DNA of 50,073 nucleotides from an uncultured Spirochaetaceae bacterium. Lineage in GTDB: Bacteria > Spirochaetota > Spirochaetia > DSM-27196 > PWMO01. The notes below the pieces were generated by a model. The model had not been told where the DNA came from. It did no database searches and saw only the letters and a list, made by a program, of their open reading frames with translations. Where the stretch lies: contig CAZTRQ010000003.1 of the NCBI GenBank assembly GCA_964616245.1, forward strand, positions 1 to 50,073. Direction: 5' to 3'. The first letter of the stretch is position 1. Every line of letters starts with the position of its first letter. Positions 49,944 to 50,073 of this stretch are shown one piece after another. Made by a program: the position numbers and the translations under genes.

Positions 49944-50073
49944 GCCGAGAACCTCGGTATGGCGCGTCGCATGGCGTTGGGCATCTTGAAGCACGATACC
50001 CATTCCAAGCGCAACCTTAAAAGACTTCCGGCACCGCTCGAGTTAGCCTCGGTTCGGGGTCTAAGCTCATCGT
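49944..50073 (+). pseudogene. Possible C-terminal relic of an ISAs1/IS4-like transposase (truncated, runs off the window end)
   Basis: My translation AENLGMARRMALGILKHDTHSKRNLKRLPAPLELASV resembles the conserved transposase tail (AENxxxxRRxALNLLKxD...K.KR..A) as I remember it. No DDE domain precedes it, because ilvD ends 21 nt upstream. Confidence 0.3.

Noticed and set aside
49918-49945. Hairpin GCTGAG-N16-CTCAGC overlapping the ilvD stop, considered as an intrinsic terminator.
   Set aside because: The stem is only 6 bp, the loop is large and no T-tract follows. Not convincing as a terminator.

Overview
This is a GC-rich, very densely coded 50,073-bp chromosomal window with 48 protein-coding genes by my count, one of them cut by the window start. 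I found no rRNA, tRNA, CRISPR array or intact mobile element.

Positions 1-35,346 form one uninterrupted array of minus-strand genes: a purine-type phosphoribosyltransferase, htrA, map, a TPR protein, nusB, a SurA-like PPIase, a J-domain protein, secG-tpiA-pgk-gap (listed in coordinate order), a TPR protein, the corC-ybeY-phoH triad, a 1109-aa LptD-like protein fused by GTGA to uvrA, a complete spirochaete/chlamydia-style V-type ATPase operon (E, DUF2764, A, B, D, I, K) and a zinc-ribbon-murI-rsgA-mutS2 operon. As far as I recall, the block order matches Borrelia/Treponema chromosomes (BB0054-57, BB0090-100, BB0104-108, BB0837-838). I therefore read this as a free-living, high-GC spirochaete-like genome; that is recollection, not a search result.

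The last 15 kb switches strand several times. It carries a pentapeptide-repeat protein coupled to a ligand-less MBL-fold protein, rluD, yggS divergent from pdxS-pdxT, a three-gene carotenoid cluster (crtI-crtB-polyprenyl synthase) and ilvB-ilvN-leuC-leuD-ilvD.

Most of the window is ordinary core genome. I see no defence-type or otherwise clearly novel multi-gene system. The most interesting items are:
- the pentapeptide/dead-MBL pair
- the minimal carotenoid cluster in this lineage context
- a mirror-symmetric overlapping divergent promoter between yggS and pdxS
- a SAP/HeH-like motif in the exported LptD-like protein
- two uncharacterised genes glued to the V-ATPase operon
- a probable ISAs1-like transposase tail relic after ilvD

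Many long ORFs in the supplied track are antisense or out-of-frame GC artefacts and were rejected. Several track ORFs were trimmed to internal starts supported by start/stop overlaps and Shine-Dalgarno (SD) sites.
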